Notes: generated from the letters alone by a model not told the origin. Shown: positions 50,474 through 60,694, numbered from the stretch's first letter. The stretch is DNA of 64,000 bases from a virus (IMGVR_UViG_3300034073_002480:64001-128000); one strand, 5' to 3'. Numbers and translations are program-made.

Positions 50474-52650
50474 TCATTTCATCTGTCCTCCAATATATAC
50501 AACGATGGCGATCCATAGCAAATGTTTGATCTGCACAAGTTCTCGGTAGTCAGCATTATACAACAGAGAACTACTCATTGTGAAATAACCTGTTAGGTTC
50601 ACCGCTAAAATAATACCCAGTACAATACAAACACCGATTTTAATCATTGAGACCACTTCTCCGTAGGTTAAGTTTAGGTACACGGCACGATGCTGAGTTC
50701 TGTGACCACAAAGAGCCAGAACATTCTAACTGCAATAATTGTTTGCTTGCATCTCTAGCAGTACAAGACACATAGGAGTCACCATCTGTATCCCACTGGC
50801 TACAGTTAACTGCGGTGATCTCGTTCTGTTGTGCGAACAAAGCAAGATTCTGCGTAGCTATATGTTGCTCTTGCATTTTACCATAGATGTGAAAAGGCAG
50901 TGCAATTACAATCACACAAATAACTAAAAGACCATTAACACGCATATTAAACTCCATCAATATTTGTAGGAAAACCTGAAAACTCTTGCTTAGCCATCTT
51001 TGTTACAACAATCTGCATATTACCATACAAAGCTGATAACTGTTTTGTAATCTGTTTTAGCTCTGCGATTTGTGTTGCAGTTAAAGAATCAACATACTCA
51101 CATAACAACATATGATCACGAGCTTGTCTAAATGTAGCTCCAGCTATAAGTTCAGTACCAGAACCACGTAGAAAAGAAGGTTCCTCTGGTCTCTGGTTAT
51201 CATCAAGTATCATTATACAAAGTCCTCTTCTTTAAGATCAAACTTACATACAATTTCTGGTAGACGATGAATAGTATTATAAGTATTTACAGATCCAATA
51301 CCTGTAAACAACAGAAATGCAATAGGTTGCCAAATCCATCCTAAGACAAGCATATTAGCAACGACTAAACATACACCGATAAACGTGTAGAGGTCAGAGA
51401 TTGTTTTATACTTCTCACGAAAATTATAGACCTGCACAAAATCAATCAACGCATTATATTTTTTAAGTCTTATACCCTCTTTTAACACAGGCTCAGAGAT
51501 AGAACCTGCAATAAACAGAATCAAAGACCAGACAAGTTGCAAATACACAAGGAAGAGTTGTAGCGTCAGGAGAAGTGGTGTTGCAGGTAAGAACAAGGTA
51601 GATGCTAAAGCAGTATAAACACTACCAGATACAATATAAGAACTTAGTAAACCGTTCTTTTTAGTGTTAGCGTAGGCGCGAAGATAGGAGAATGTCATTA
51701 TTGTTTACCAATCGTTCTCGAAAGAACCTAAATTTTTACTGAGGATGCGCTCTTTTGTAGCTATTATGGAGATACAATTCTCATTTTCATCGTTGTATTC
51801 TGCAATTTCATCTGCGTAATCTTCAAGGAAAGAGTACACATCAACAACTTCATAACGATTAAAATCTTGAAACTTATAAATCTCCTCAAAAGTGCCATCA
51901 GATCGCACAAGAAAATCCTGTGTAACCCATTCATGATTCCGTAGAAAAGAAGGTAGTGCTTGGTACAAAGCCCAACGTTCATCTAACGGTTTATTGGTAT
52001 CAACAAGATAAGCTTCTACTCTAGATTTAGTCTCTTTTACTTTTTCTTTGCAGAAACAAATAGCAGCTTGGAGTTGCATCGTACTAAAAGAGGTTTCCAT
52101 ATTAACCCCCTAACATAGTGAATGTTAACCAATCCACACCGTAGCCAGACAACGACCCAAACTGTGATAAATCCCGCTTAGCTTCCTCTTCTACAGCATC
52201 CAGTACAGAGTCCATAGTTTCTGCCCATGTTGTGATACGAACAGGGAAGGTCTTGGCAATCCGTAATCTATGGTAATCAGTATACGCATACGCCGACACG
52301 AAAACCGTAGCTTCGATTACAGGTGGTAAAGGTGATAAATGAAAAAGCTCTACTGAAAACAGATAACTACCAAAGTGTTGTTGTAGGTCGTTGCGTAGGC
52401 TATTCTCCGCTATAGACTGGATTTGAGGGTAAGTCAGAGGTCTTAACGATTCCTCTTCTATGTCCACTACCAGAATTGAGGTAGGTTCAAAGTCTGAACC
52501 ATTACGATAACCACGACCAGTTACAGCAAATTGTCTTTTACGAGCAAATGGAGTGCCTATATACTGAGGGTCAAGTGTCAAAGATGTAGTTGTCTGCATT
52601 AGAAGAATATGCTCCTTATGATGATAAACATAATTAAACTGAAAAAGCAC
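50474..52650 (-). other. Run of six hypothetical CDS (50474..50683 membrane, 50640..50960 secreted Cys-rich, 50947..51213, 51213..51698 multi-TM, 51705..52100, 52102..52650)
   Basis: Packed minus-strand ORFs; hydrophobic segments in three of them. Confidence 0.6.
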
Positions 52651-53405
52651 AAAAAGAAAACACCGAGTATATTACCCACAACAGAGTTCTCAGCAACTAC
52701 TGTGTTTGTAGGGTAGTAAGTATTAGGTAATACAATAGGTGCTGTATAGCCAAAAGGCACTACAACAGGTACAGTACGATTACCACCATCTGAGAAAATT
52801 GTGACATACCGAGTTTCTGTACGACCACCGCTTGTATTAGGTAGCCTGTATTCTGGCAGATATGTTGTTGGTGTCGATGGTTTTGTTTTTGTTGTCGCTG
52901 TTACAGGTCTTTCTATAGGGCGACTACTGTACGATGAATTGTATGACGACCCGAACGTAGAAGATGAGTTGCTGGATGAACTACTTGTTGCTGGCTTTGT
53001 CTGGCTTGATGATGAGCTAGATCGCGAGTAACTTGTAGATGACTTCGATGACGATGATGGTGCAGATTTGAAAGATGAACTCGAACTTGAAGATTTACCA
53101 CTAGAACTTGAGCTTGACGATCTTGCTTCCACAGGCATTGGTAAATTACAGAGTAGAAAACCAACAATAGTAAGTTGTGTTAATCTTTTAAGCATACAAT
53201 AAGGCTCTTGGTGTATAGGTTTAGGTTTAGATGTCAAATGAAAAGCAGAACAGTTAGGACATTTGTAAGCTGTTAAACCAAATCTTGCACCCTCTTGTTC
53301 TGCTGTGTACCGACTATTGTACGTTGTCTTCTGGAGACAAGACCGTATGTGTATTTGCGTTGTTCGCAGTAGTTGGTGTTTGTTTTTTGTACGTGCCAAA
53401 ACCAA
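52599..53405 (-). CDS. Ser-rich membrane/exported protein; probable internal start at 53195
   Basis: MLKRLTQLTIVGFLLCNLPMPVEA signal-like segment, poly-Ser tract, C-terminal TM; upstream part carries YKCPNCSAFHLT. Confidence 0.7.
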   Translation of the reverse strand: MVLARTKNKHQLLRTTQIHIRSCLQKTTYNSRYTAEQEGARFGLTAYKCPNCSAFHLTSKPKPIHQEPYCMLKRLTQLTIVGFLLCNLPMPVEARSSSSSSSGKSSSSSSSFKSAPSSSSKSSTSYSRSSSSSSQTKPATSSSSSNSSSTFGSSYNSSYSSRPIERPVTATTKTKPSTPTTYLPEYRLPNTSGGRTETRYVTIFSDGGNRTVPVVVPFGYTAPIVLPNTYYPTNTVVAENSVVGNILGVFFLCFFSLIMFIIIRSIFF

Positions 53406-53638
53406 TACCTCGTCTGTATTTGTTATTAGCTTTTATGTGATTTTTGTTTACGAAATGTTGGTAAATGTGTGTTGTGGAACAAAGGTAGTTGTGGCTGTTG
53501 TCTTGCAAGGGCAAGCATTTTTGCCAAGCATCGATCTGTGTCGGACATATTAGTATCGCACCGTATAACCTATTATTAAGTATAAAAGGACAGAACCTAT
53601 AACGAAAGTAGATAAAATACCGTAGAAAAGAAAGGGCA

Positions 53639-54517
53639 TTAGACAGACCTCAGTGATGGATATAGGTTGATTTTAGTGTCACAAAACAAAGACCGTAGAA
53701 GAGAAGGTGGTATGTAACGGTCAAAAGTTTGCATTACTTGCCAACTCGGTGCTTGCTTGAAGACCTGCACAAGTTCATTGCAACTACGATCAGGGTTAAT
53801 CTTCTGTTCGTATAAGTCACATAAAGTATCTTGATAATCCCACAATGTTTCCTGTATATCTGCTGACAACTGGAAGTCCAAACGCAAAGCAAACTTCAAA
53901 GCTCGGAGGATACGTGTAGGATCAGCGCTAAAACGATCTATAGGACGACCTACAGTGTGGATGAATTTCTCTTCTATGTGTATGCGACCGTGATAAGGAT
54001 CGATAATACCCGATGTCATAGCATTTATAGATTTCCAGTAGTCTTCTGATCCAAAATGATTTCTGAAACGTACAGGATAATCAACCCACCACAAGTCTTC
54101 TAAGGACTCCAGTGGTATAGCCATAGCGTTCATTGTGTTGTCGCGCCTTGCCAGATCCTGTTCAATAGTAACGTCAGGTGTATTCACAACAGTAACAGGA
54201 ACTACATTATCTTGTGTATAGTCAGCATCAGCTTCGCGTCTTGCCAGTACAAAGTCAATTACTTGACCTGCAATCTTCGCTTTGATGACACCCATTTGCC
54301 AAGAAGTAGTGTTACTGTCATCAGGCATTTGATACGCTGACTGGCAGAAAAACAAATGGTGATATTCGGGAGCAGGTAGAATAACTTGTGCGCCGTTGTC
54401 AAGTAAAAACTCCAACAGCGAAGCATAAGTAGTACCTGTCACACAAATGTCAATGTCTTTTGTATGTTCACCAGTAAATAATGACCGAACGAAACCGCCA
54501 ACTAAGTAAAATTGCAT
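53639..54517 (-). CDS. tRNA nucleotidyltransferase (CCA-adding/poly(A) polymerase class II head)
   Basis: YLVGGFVR, DIDI, DLARRDNTMNAMA, DPYHG, RFSADPTRILRA. Confidence 0.9.
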   Translation of the reverse strand: MQFYLVGGFVRSLFTGEHTKDIDICVTGTTYASLLEFLLDNGAQVILPAPEYHHLFFCQSAYQMPDDSNTTSWQMGVIKAKIAGQVIDFVLARREADADYTQDNVVPVTVVNTPDVTIEQDLARRDNTMNAMAIPLESLEDLWWVDYPVRFRNHFGSEDYWKSINAMTSGIIDPYHGRIHIEEKFIHTVGRPIDRFSADPTRILRALKFALRLDFQLSADIQETLWDYQDTLCDLYEQKINPDRSCNELVQVFKQAPSWQVMQTFDRYIPPSLLRSLFCDTKINLYPSLRSV

Positions 54518-54671
54518 ATTAGTAAAAACCACACTACATCTATGTAAACAACAAGTCCAGCTATAATGATAATATCTGGATCAAATAGGTAAGAATCAGG
54601 TTTTGCCATAGCTGTATAGATGCCAACCATAGAAGAGAAGATCAGCATATATAAAATCTGTATTTCTACGT

Positions 54672-54992
54672 TCATACACACCCCAACAATATATCACAGC
54701 AGTCATCATAAACAGATGGTGGATATATACCACTAGAGCGCATATTAGTGTCAAATTTCACTTCAGTCCCGTCAACCAGAAAAGTAACGTAAGGTTGAAG
54801 ATGCTTATACTCTTTATACAGTAAGGCACGGAACATGTACAATACTAACTCTTGACCAGTAACGAGGTAAGGGTTTTCAACACCTTCAGTTATATAGCCC
54901 AAATAAGTTTCACAAACTTCTTTAATTTTGAAGTCCTGAAAGCCATAATCAGATGGTGGTACGGAACGATAGTCTACAGTTAATTTACTCAT
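54672..54992 (-). CDS. Hypothetical protein, paralog of 26229..26561
   Basis: TGQELVL...EYKHLQPYVTFLVDG. Confidence 0.65.
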   Translation of the reverse strand: MSKLTVDYRSVPPSDYGFQDFKIKEVCETYLGYITEGVENPYLVTGQELVLYMFRALLYKEYKHLQPYVTFLVDGTEVKFDTNMRSSGIYPPSVYDDCCDILLGCV

Positions 54993-55671
54993 CAGTTGCT
55001 AACCATTGCTCTATATAGTTTTTGTCTTGTGAAAAAATCGGTATCTGCCGATCTACAAACCAACCGTTTTCACTTTTGATGACACAACGACCACGTTTAT
55101 AATAAGGTTCAAAGTCGTTGAAGTTTATCTTGTGTTCTTGCCACAACATTTCTTGGATCTGAGCGCAAGATTTATTTTGTAGTTGATTGTGAGAAAAATG
55201 TGCTTGACCTAACATCTGGATAGCATTACGTGTAGCATCTTGCTGCCTATGGTAGAAATAGTTATTGACTTCAGCTTCAGGCAGAACAAAAGCACGAGAA
55301 TCAAAATAAACTTGACCACCTAAATAAGAAGAGAAAGCTACAGATGCAATAGCTGCTGAGATCGACACAATCTTTTGGATATTGTTGTCAAACCAAGCTT
55401 CAGAGTTAAGCTTTTTGTAATTGTGTAGTAGCAAAGAGATTTCATCTGACTGCACAAATTGCACAACACTGGTTTGTACTTCTTCAGCTAAAACTAATGC
55501 TGTGTGATCCATAGCTGCCATAAAATCAGTGTCCCAAGGTCGCTGCATATTACGGGTTAATGTGTGAGCTGCTCTGATGTCAAGACGAACTACAAGCGGC
55601 AACCTGCGAGTTAAATACTTTCTTTCTACGTTCTCGTATGTTTTCATACGGTCGCCTAAGCTATTTTTCAT
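54985..55671 (-). CDS. thg1: tRNA(His) guanylyltransferase Thg1-like 3'-5' polymerase
   Basis: RMKTYE, VVRLD..AAH..T, QSDEISL, FDSRAF, RQQDATRN, SH.QL.NK, KRG. Confidence 0.93.
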   Translation of the reverse strand: MKNSLGDRMKTYENVERKYLTRRLPLVVRLDIRAAHTLTRNMQRPWDTDFMAAMDHTALVLAEEVQTSVVQFVQSDEISLLLHNYKKLNSEAWFDNNIQKIVSISAAIASVAFSSYLGGQVYFDSRAFVLPEAEVNNYFYHRQQDATRNAIQMLGQAHFSHNQLQNKSCAQIQEMLWQEHKINFNDFEPYYKRGRCVIKSENGWFVDRQIPIFSQDKNYIEQWLATDE

Positions 55672-55964
55672 AAACCACCACCGATCTCAAATTTAAAAGT
55701 TGGCACACAAGTATAACCTAAACCAACAAGATACTCTCTTGCTTCCTCTACATCATCGTTTTTATAAAACTTTAAAAGATTTGGTTTCTCTAGAAGAGGT
55801 GAGCCGTACCAAACAGAGTCAGTAACAGGCATGTCAAAATCACCATAAACCACAAGTTCTACAATTTGTATGCTAAGCACCATAACCTCCAACAATAAAA
55901 GCTTGTACAGGCAAACGAAAAAAGTGCGATAAAACACGTAAATCATGTATATCAATAATCTCAT
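55668..55964 (-). CDS. Hypothetical protein (start uncertain)
   Basis: ORF coupled to thg1. Confidence 0.5.
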   Translation of the reverse strand: MRLLIYMIYVFYRTFFVCLYKLLLLEVMVLSIQIVELVVYGDFDMPVTDSVWYGSPLLEKPNLLKFYKNDDVEEAREYLVGLGYTCVPTFKFEIGGGL

Positions 55965-56469
55965 TCTCTACATATTCTCTTAGTGCTTCTCCTGAAGAGT
56001 AGATTAAATCTGGTTTACTGCCGTTTAGATCCTCCCAAGTTAGCCCTCTTTCTTCTAGCAAATGATCAATAAAGTCAACCGTAGAAGAAACGGCTGTAGG
56101 GTAATGTTCAGCCTCGTAGTCAGCAATGATAAGCGACAATAAGTAAGCAAATCTACCTTCCTCTGAATCTATAGGTGAGTCAAAATACTGTTCAAACACG
56201 GCAAGTGCTAGTTCATAGTCAGCATCATTTTGTAATTGCCGCAGTTGGTATGTTTCGTAGGTCATCTCTACAAGTAATTCTTTTACTGTTGTTTCCACTA
56301 GATGTCCAGTATCTTTCTGGTACAAAGGTAATTTGTTATAACCATATTGATGTAGATTATCACCTTCATACACAAAAAGTTTGTCAGATTTTGGGAATTT
56401 GACAGTAATACAATCTGCTTTTTCTTTCAATAATCGCAAATCATCAACAGACATTAGTTTGTAGATCAT
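55873..56469 (-). CDS. Orphan HigA-like antitoxin with N-terminal extension
   Basis: LQNDADYELALAVFEQYFD...LLSLIIADYEAEHYP...IDHLLEERGLTWEDL...LSHFFRLPVQAF is the HigA pattern; no HigB nearby. Confidence 0.8.
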   Translation of the reverse strand: MIYKLMSVDDLRLLKEKADCITVKFPKSDKLFVYEGDNLHQYGYNKLPLYQKDTGHLVETTVKELLVEMTYETYQLRQLQNDADYELALAVFEQYFDSPIDSEEGRFAYLLSLIIADYEAEHYPTAVSSTVDFIDHLLEERGLTWEDLNGSKPDLIYSSGEALREYVENEIIDIHDLRVLSHFFRLPVQAFIVGGYGA

Positions 56470-56801
56470 AATAAATCAAACACCTTTTTGAATAAAACTA
56501 ATGAGTCATCGTACCATAAGACCTGATCTTTTAGAGATCTATTATAACTGTATGGTCTATGGTTAAAACATAAAGACTCAAACTGCTTCAGATTTTCTCT
56601 AGTTATTTCTGTCAAATCTTCTTTTCTATGGTCTTCAAAAGGTGTAGGACAAGAGCATCCTGAATCAGTAGCATAGTAAAGTTTGTTTGTTTCAGTGTCT
56701 TTAAAAACAACCAGCATATCAAATTCATAGGAGTCAGCTACGTCTACGTTATCTATGATCTGTAAACCAAAATGTTCTGGATTATAGTATATGTTTTTCA
56801 T
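56466..56801 (-). CDS. Hypothetical phage protein
   Basis: YYNPE.FGL, SYEFD, YYATDSGCSCPTPFE. Confidence 0.75.
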   Translation of the reverse strand: MKNIYYNPEHFGLQIIDNVDVADSYEFDMLVVFKDTETNKLYYATDSGCSCPTPFEDHRKEDLTEITRENLKQFESLCFNHRPYSYNRSLKDQVLWYDDSLVLFKKVFDLL

Positions 56802-56970
56802 CTTATTAACGACCCAAAAGTATAAAACAAAGACATACCCAACAACCCCATAGAAAAGAAAAGCTGCTGTGCTTCATTGTTGCGTAGCAGATGACACAAA
56901 AACAAAGCACAAAAAAACACCAGCGATAAGCCAGTGTTGAAATTGATAGTTGTGATTAATTGTTGCATAG

Positions 56971-57174
56971 CTACTTAACCGTAAAAATATGCAATACTAA
57001 GACAATATTGGATACACCTAACATCACTGCTTGTAATAGAATACCTTCTTCTGATCTTGCTCTACCAGAGAACAAAACCATACTTGTGTACATCATAACA
57101 GCATAATCAACTGAAAAAACAATAGCTTGTTGTATAGACATCTTAATTTTTAGCTCCACATACAGTACATTCAC
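56971..57174 (-). CDS. Small membrane protein
   Basis: Two hydrophobic segments. Confidence 0.45.
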   Translation of the reverse strand: MNVLYVELKIKMSIQQAIVFSVDYAVMMYTSMVLFSGRARSEEGILLQAVMLGVSNIVLVLHIFTVK

Positions 57175-57295
57175 CTGTGGTTTGATCTACTTCACCGCCA
57201 GACTGTTCTTTGTTACCATTAGAATCTTTACGCCCAGTTTCACGTGTGCAATAATAAGTCATAATTTGTTAATCCTCTAATTTAAGTGTACAAAT

Positions 57296-57320
57296 AAAAA
57301 GCAGGGTTGTTAGCCCTGCT
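57296..57320 (-). terminator. Intrinsic terminator
   Basis: AGCAGGGC-taaca-ACCCTGCT followed by TTTT. Confidence 0.8.
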
Positions 57321-57331
57321 GTGTGTATTAT

Positions 57332-59638
57332 TTATGCTTCTGTGTATTTGATCTCAATGTCAAAAGCCTTGTAGAAAGACTCTAATAACCGAAACCAAGT
57401 AGGATGTGGTTGGTTGTCTACCATAAGACCTAACCGAGCAGGGTTGAACAAATCTTGGACTTCCTCTACTTTAAAAGTAGGATTAGTACGTTTCAACATA
57501 TCTTTCTGTTGGTTAGGGGTAAGACACTCCCATGTCTCATCAGATACAAGCTTCTGAGTATACAAACGTAGTAAAACATGGCGGAGTTCCAACCAAGTTT
57601 GTTTTGTTGCGTCACCTAAAGAGCCTATGACTATCCCTTTCAGATATTCATATATGACAGGTAAAGATACAGGTTGGAGATTTTTACTGTCACAGAAAAC
57701 AGGCGACCCGCAACGTACAGTCTGCTTCGCCATAAATTTGATGTGGTCTTCCACCGTGTATTTATTACGATTTTGCTTCACACCAGATTTTTTTGTCTTT
57801 GGTGTTTCGAGTTGCAACCATTCTGCATGATTTTTCTGTAACCACTTATGGCATCGTGTTACAATCTCGTTGTAGTCCTTAAGCAACAGCAAACAGTCAG
57901 GGTTTGTTTGGAGTTCTACTATCGGTGTATAACTGTCAATAATTCTACGGAACATAGGATTGAAGTCACCACGACCATTTACAGACCCTAATACACCATT
58001 CTGGTATCGCAAGTCACAAGCGGAAAAAGCACGACAAGCTGCTTGGATCTCTCTTGTTTTGTCAAGAGGATCAGCCAATAAGCGTAGTATATGTTTGCCT
58101 TTTTGTCTTACGACAGTTTTATAGTTGTCTACGCGAGAATCGTAATCCTCACACTTGTAAACCGCACCCATAGAAGAGAAATGAGCTTTGCCAAGTAGTA
58201 TAGACTCAGACGACCAGCTACCATCTTTGAGGCGAATATCCATCCATACACGGTTAGTTTTATCTACACTGTTGTTGTACTGTGAACCAGTGTCAGCGTG
58301 TGAAAGACCTCTTGCCGTAGATTGCATTGTGTCCTTTGTATGCTGAATCGCAGCAATACGAAACCTACAAACTGTCTCTTGTACAACAGATTTGCCGTTC
58401 TGTGTTAACAACGAACCATCAGGTCGCAGTTTGTGGATTAGTGCTACAAAAGAGTCGCTATACCCACCATTAAACATCTGCGCTTGAAAACCTTCAAAGC
58501 CATTGCGTACTTTGTACTTAGGCTCTTGCTTCTCTACATGTTGTGGCTTCTCTGTCCTTGACAGAAAATGTGTAGTATATTTTGCAGTTGTTGGGTTGTA
58601 GGACTGAATTGAACAGAATGACCATAGATGGTTTGCCACAGGTTTATCTGCAAGAACCATTTCAATGCGAGTTACATCAATATCAACACCATCTTCTGTT
58701 GTGTACTTAGCCGCAGTGTGTTCTGGGACATAAGGTAGATAAAAGAGTTCTTGGTTGAAAACCTCTTGCTTTTCTGTAGCGTTGTATTCCAACGGTGAGG
58801 ATGACTTACGACTATTGGTATTTAACGCTGCTCTGCCACGTATAACCAAAGTCTCTTTCTTGGAAACCCGTAGTTCGTTTTTGTTGTTGAGTGTTGGGTG
58901 GTCAGCAGGGTTGTACACAACCTTTGGCAACCAATCTACTTTGATAAGAAGTGGTGTGTCAAGAGGAATAGGATTTTGTAACTCGAACTCCTTGTTAATA
59001 GACTGCAACCATTCTGTAATAGGTTGTTCTGAGAGCCAATTTGTATAGGCTTCGGGGTCAATGTGATCTGCTTGTCTTACCTTTTGGTCACGTACATCTT
59101 GACCATTGAACACCAACCTATGCTCCACAAGTGTGTTGTCATCTTGGAGAGGTACAATGACATCCTCAACCGTAGAAGATAAAGGTTGTGGTTCATCGAC
59201 AATTTCTACTTGTGGTTTTTTGGACTCCACGAAATACAACCATTGTTGTTTTGCTGCTGTATCATTGGACACATTGACAGTGAAACCCATGTTAGCTTTG
59301 TAGAAATCAAAGAACTCATCTGCAAGTTCTGGGTATTCCTTCAAAGCAGCAAAAATAAGTTTCTTACAACCTTTGTCAGAGTCAACAGGGAAGTCAATAA
59401 TAGGTACAGCAGGTTTTTCTTCTACGGTCTGTACTGTTGCTTCCTGTGTTTGCTCTTGTTCTACAAATAACAACCATTGTTGGTAGCTTGTTTCATTGGA
59501 AGCTCTTGAAAATGGTTGTCCAGTATTCTGTTTGTAAAAATCAAAAAATTGTTGTTTAGTTTCAGGATGATCTGTTAAATGAAACTGCACAAGCTTCTTA
59601 GCACCTTGGATACCGTTAGGGAAGTCAATTGTAGGCAT
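57332..59638 (-). CDS. Large hypothetical protein (768 aa) with duplicated N-terminal domain
   Basis: IDFP...G.KKL....L...PE....FFDFYK.N.G.....SN.T...QQWL.FVE occurs twice. Confidence 0.85.
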   Translation of the reverse strand: MPTIDFPNGIQGAKKLVQFHLTDHPETKQQFFDFYKQNTGQPFSRASNETSYQQWLLFVEQEQTQEATVQTVEEKPAVPIIDFPVDSDKGCKKLIFAALKEYPELADEFFDFYKANMGFTVNVSNDTAAKQQWLYFVESKKPQVEIVDEPQPLSSTVEDVIVPLQDDNTLVEHRLVFNGQDVRDQKVRQADHIDPEAYTNWLSEQPITEWLQSINKEFELQNPIPLDTPLLIKVDWLPKVVYNPADHPTLNNKNELRVSKKETLVIRGRAALNTNSRKSSSPLEYNATEKQEVFNQELFYLPYVPEHTAAKYTTEDGVDIDVTRIEMVLADKPVANHLWSFCSIQSYNPTTAKYTTHFLSRTEKPQHVEKQEPKYKVRNGFEGFQAQMFNGGYSDSFVALIHKLRPDGSLLTQNGKSVVQETVCRFRIAAIQHTKDTMQSTARGLSHADTGSQYNNSVDKTNRVWMDIRLKDGSWSSESILLGKAHFSSMGAVYKCEDYDSRVDNYKTVVRQKGKHILRLLADPLDKTREIQAACRAFSACDLRYQNGVLGSVNGRGDFNPMFRRIIDSYTPIVELQTNPDCLLLLKDYNEIVTRCHKWLQKNHAEWLQLETPKTKKSGVKQNRNKYTVEDHIKFMAKQTVRCGSPVFCDSKNLQPVSLPVIYEYLKGIVIGSLGDATKQTWLELRHVLLRLYTQKLVSDETWECLTPNQQKDMLKRTNPTFKVEEVQDLFNPARLGLMVDNQPHPTWFRLLESFYKAFDIEIKYTEA

Positions 59639-59660
59639 TGGTAATCTCCACTTTGGGGAT

Positions 59661-59687
59661 AAAAAGTGAAGGTGGTCAAACCTTCAC
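59661..59687 (-). terminator. Intrinsic terminator
   Basis: GTGAAGGT-ttgacc-ACCTTCAC followed by TTTTT. Confidence 0.75.
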
Positions 59688-59774
59688 GGAAAAACAGGAC
59701 AAAAACAATAATGTGTTGATGTAGAGGTGACTAAGCTCTTGAGAGTGCAGTGTAACAACTGCACAATCAGGGGT

Positions 59775-60473
59775 CTAGTTCTTTTCTTGACTACGGAGTC
59801 TATTATACTCCGACAGATAAGTGTTACCAAATAAGCGGCGATACTCATCTTTGGTGTTGAGGAACTGCTCCTCAAACCACTCCAAAAATACAGGTGTGTA
59901 GTTAGAGTCACCGATTGCAATCAGATGCAACAGAAGCGAGATAGTAGGGTTGGACAGGAACGAATGTTGCTGGTTGAGTTCTACAATAGCATTGAACACT
60001 GATGCGTAGTCAGTGATGATTATATCCTTAAAAGTCTGTGTCAAGTTGTAGGTAATAGATGTTGGTAATACATAATCCTTGCCAATTCTGATAGCTGACT
60101 CTGCTGTTGTTTCCCAACTGTCTTCTACAATGAAAGTGTCATCTTCAGTGTTGTGTACGATTTTGTACTGCCCGATCAACTTGTAGCCTATGTCAGACAT
60201 CTTTTTTGATGCTGTAGCTTCTACTGTGCGCTTACCGTCTAGTGAACGGATACTGATTTTATCAGGTTGTGTAACAGTATAGTTAGTGTCTACTAGCACT
60301 GCAAAGTTCAAAGTGTGGATTGTTTCACCATCATTTTCTTCTACGGTTGACTCAATGCGAAAAGGTAGTGAACCTGCACTTTTAGCGTTATTAGGATCGT
60401 GGTAATTAACAAGAAAAGCAACAGGCTTTGTGAGTTTTTGCTTGTCGTTGAATGAAAGTTTTGTGACTGCCAT
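59775..60473 (-). CDS. Hypothetical protein
   Basis: 232 aa ORF. Confidence 0.75.
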   Translation of the reverse strand: MAVTKLSFNDKQKLTKPVAFLVNYHDPNNAKSAGSLPFRIESTVEENDGETIHTLNFAVLVDTNYTVTQPDKISIRSLDGKRTVEATASKKMSDIGYKLIGQYKIVHNTEDDTFIVEDSWETTAESAIRIGKDYVLPTSITYNLTQTFKDIIITDYASVFNAIVELNQQHSFLSNPTISLLLHLIAIGDSNYTPVFLEWFEEQFLNTKDEYRRLFGNTYLSEYNRLRSQEKN

Positions 60474-60694
60474 ATTTTTGTTCTGCCCTTAGATGGTTTT
60501 GTACGGTAATCACCACTGAAATTATACTGATTTTAGATTTATTTCTAGTGGTTTGTGTGCTATAATAATGAGCGAAAGTGAGTGAGTGAACCTGATAAGG
60601 CTTGTTTAAAGTTTTATCAGGTGAGTAAATAAACGGTGGTTTGTGTAACAAAGCTTCGGAAATACGAGTGCCATTGGTGTGTCTACTTTTGTTA

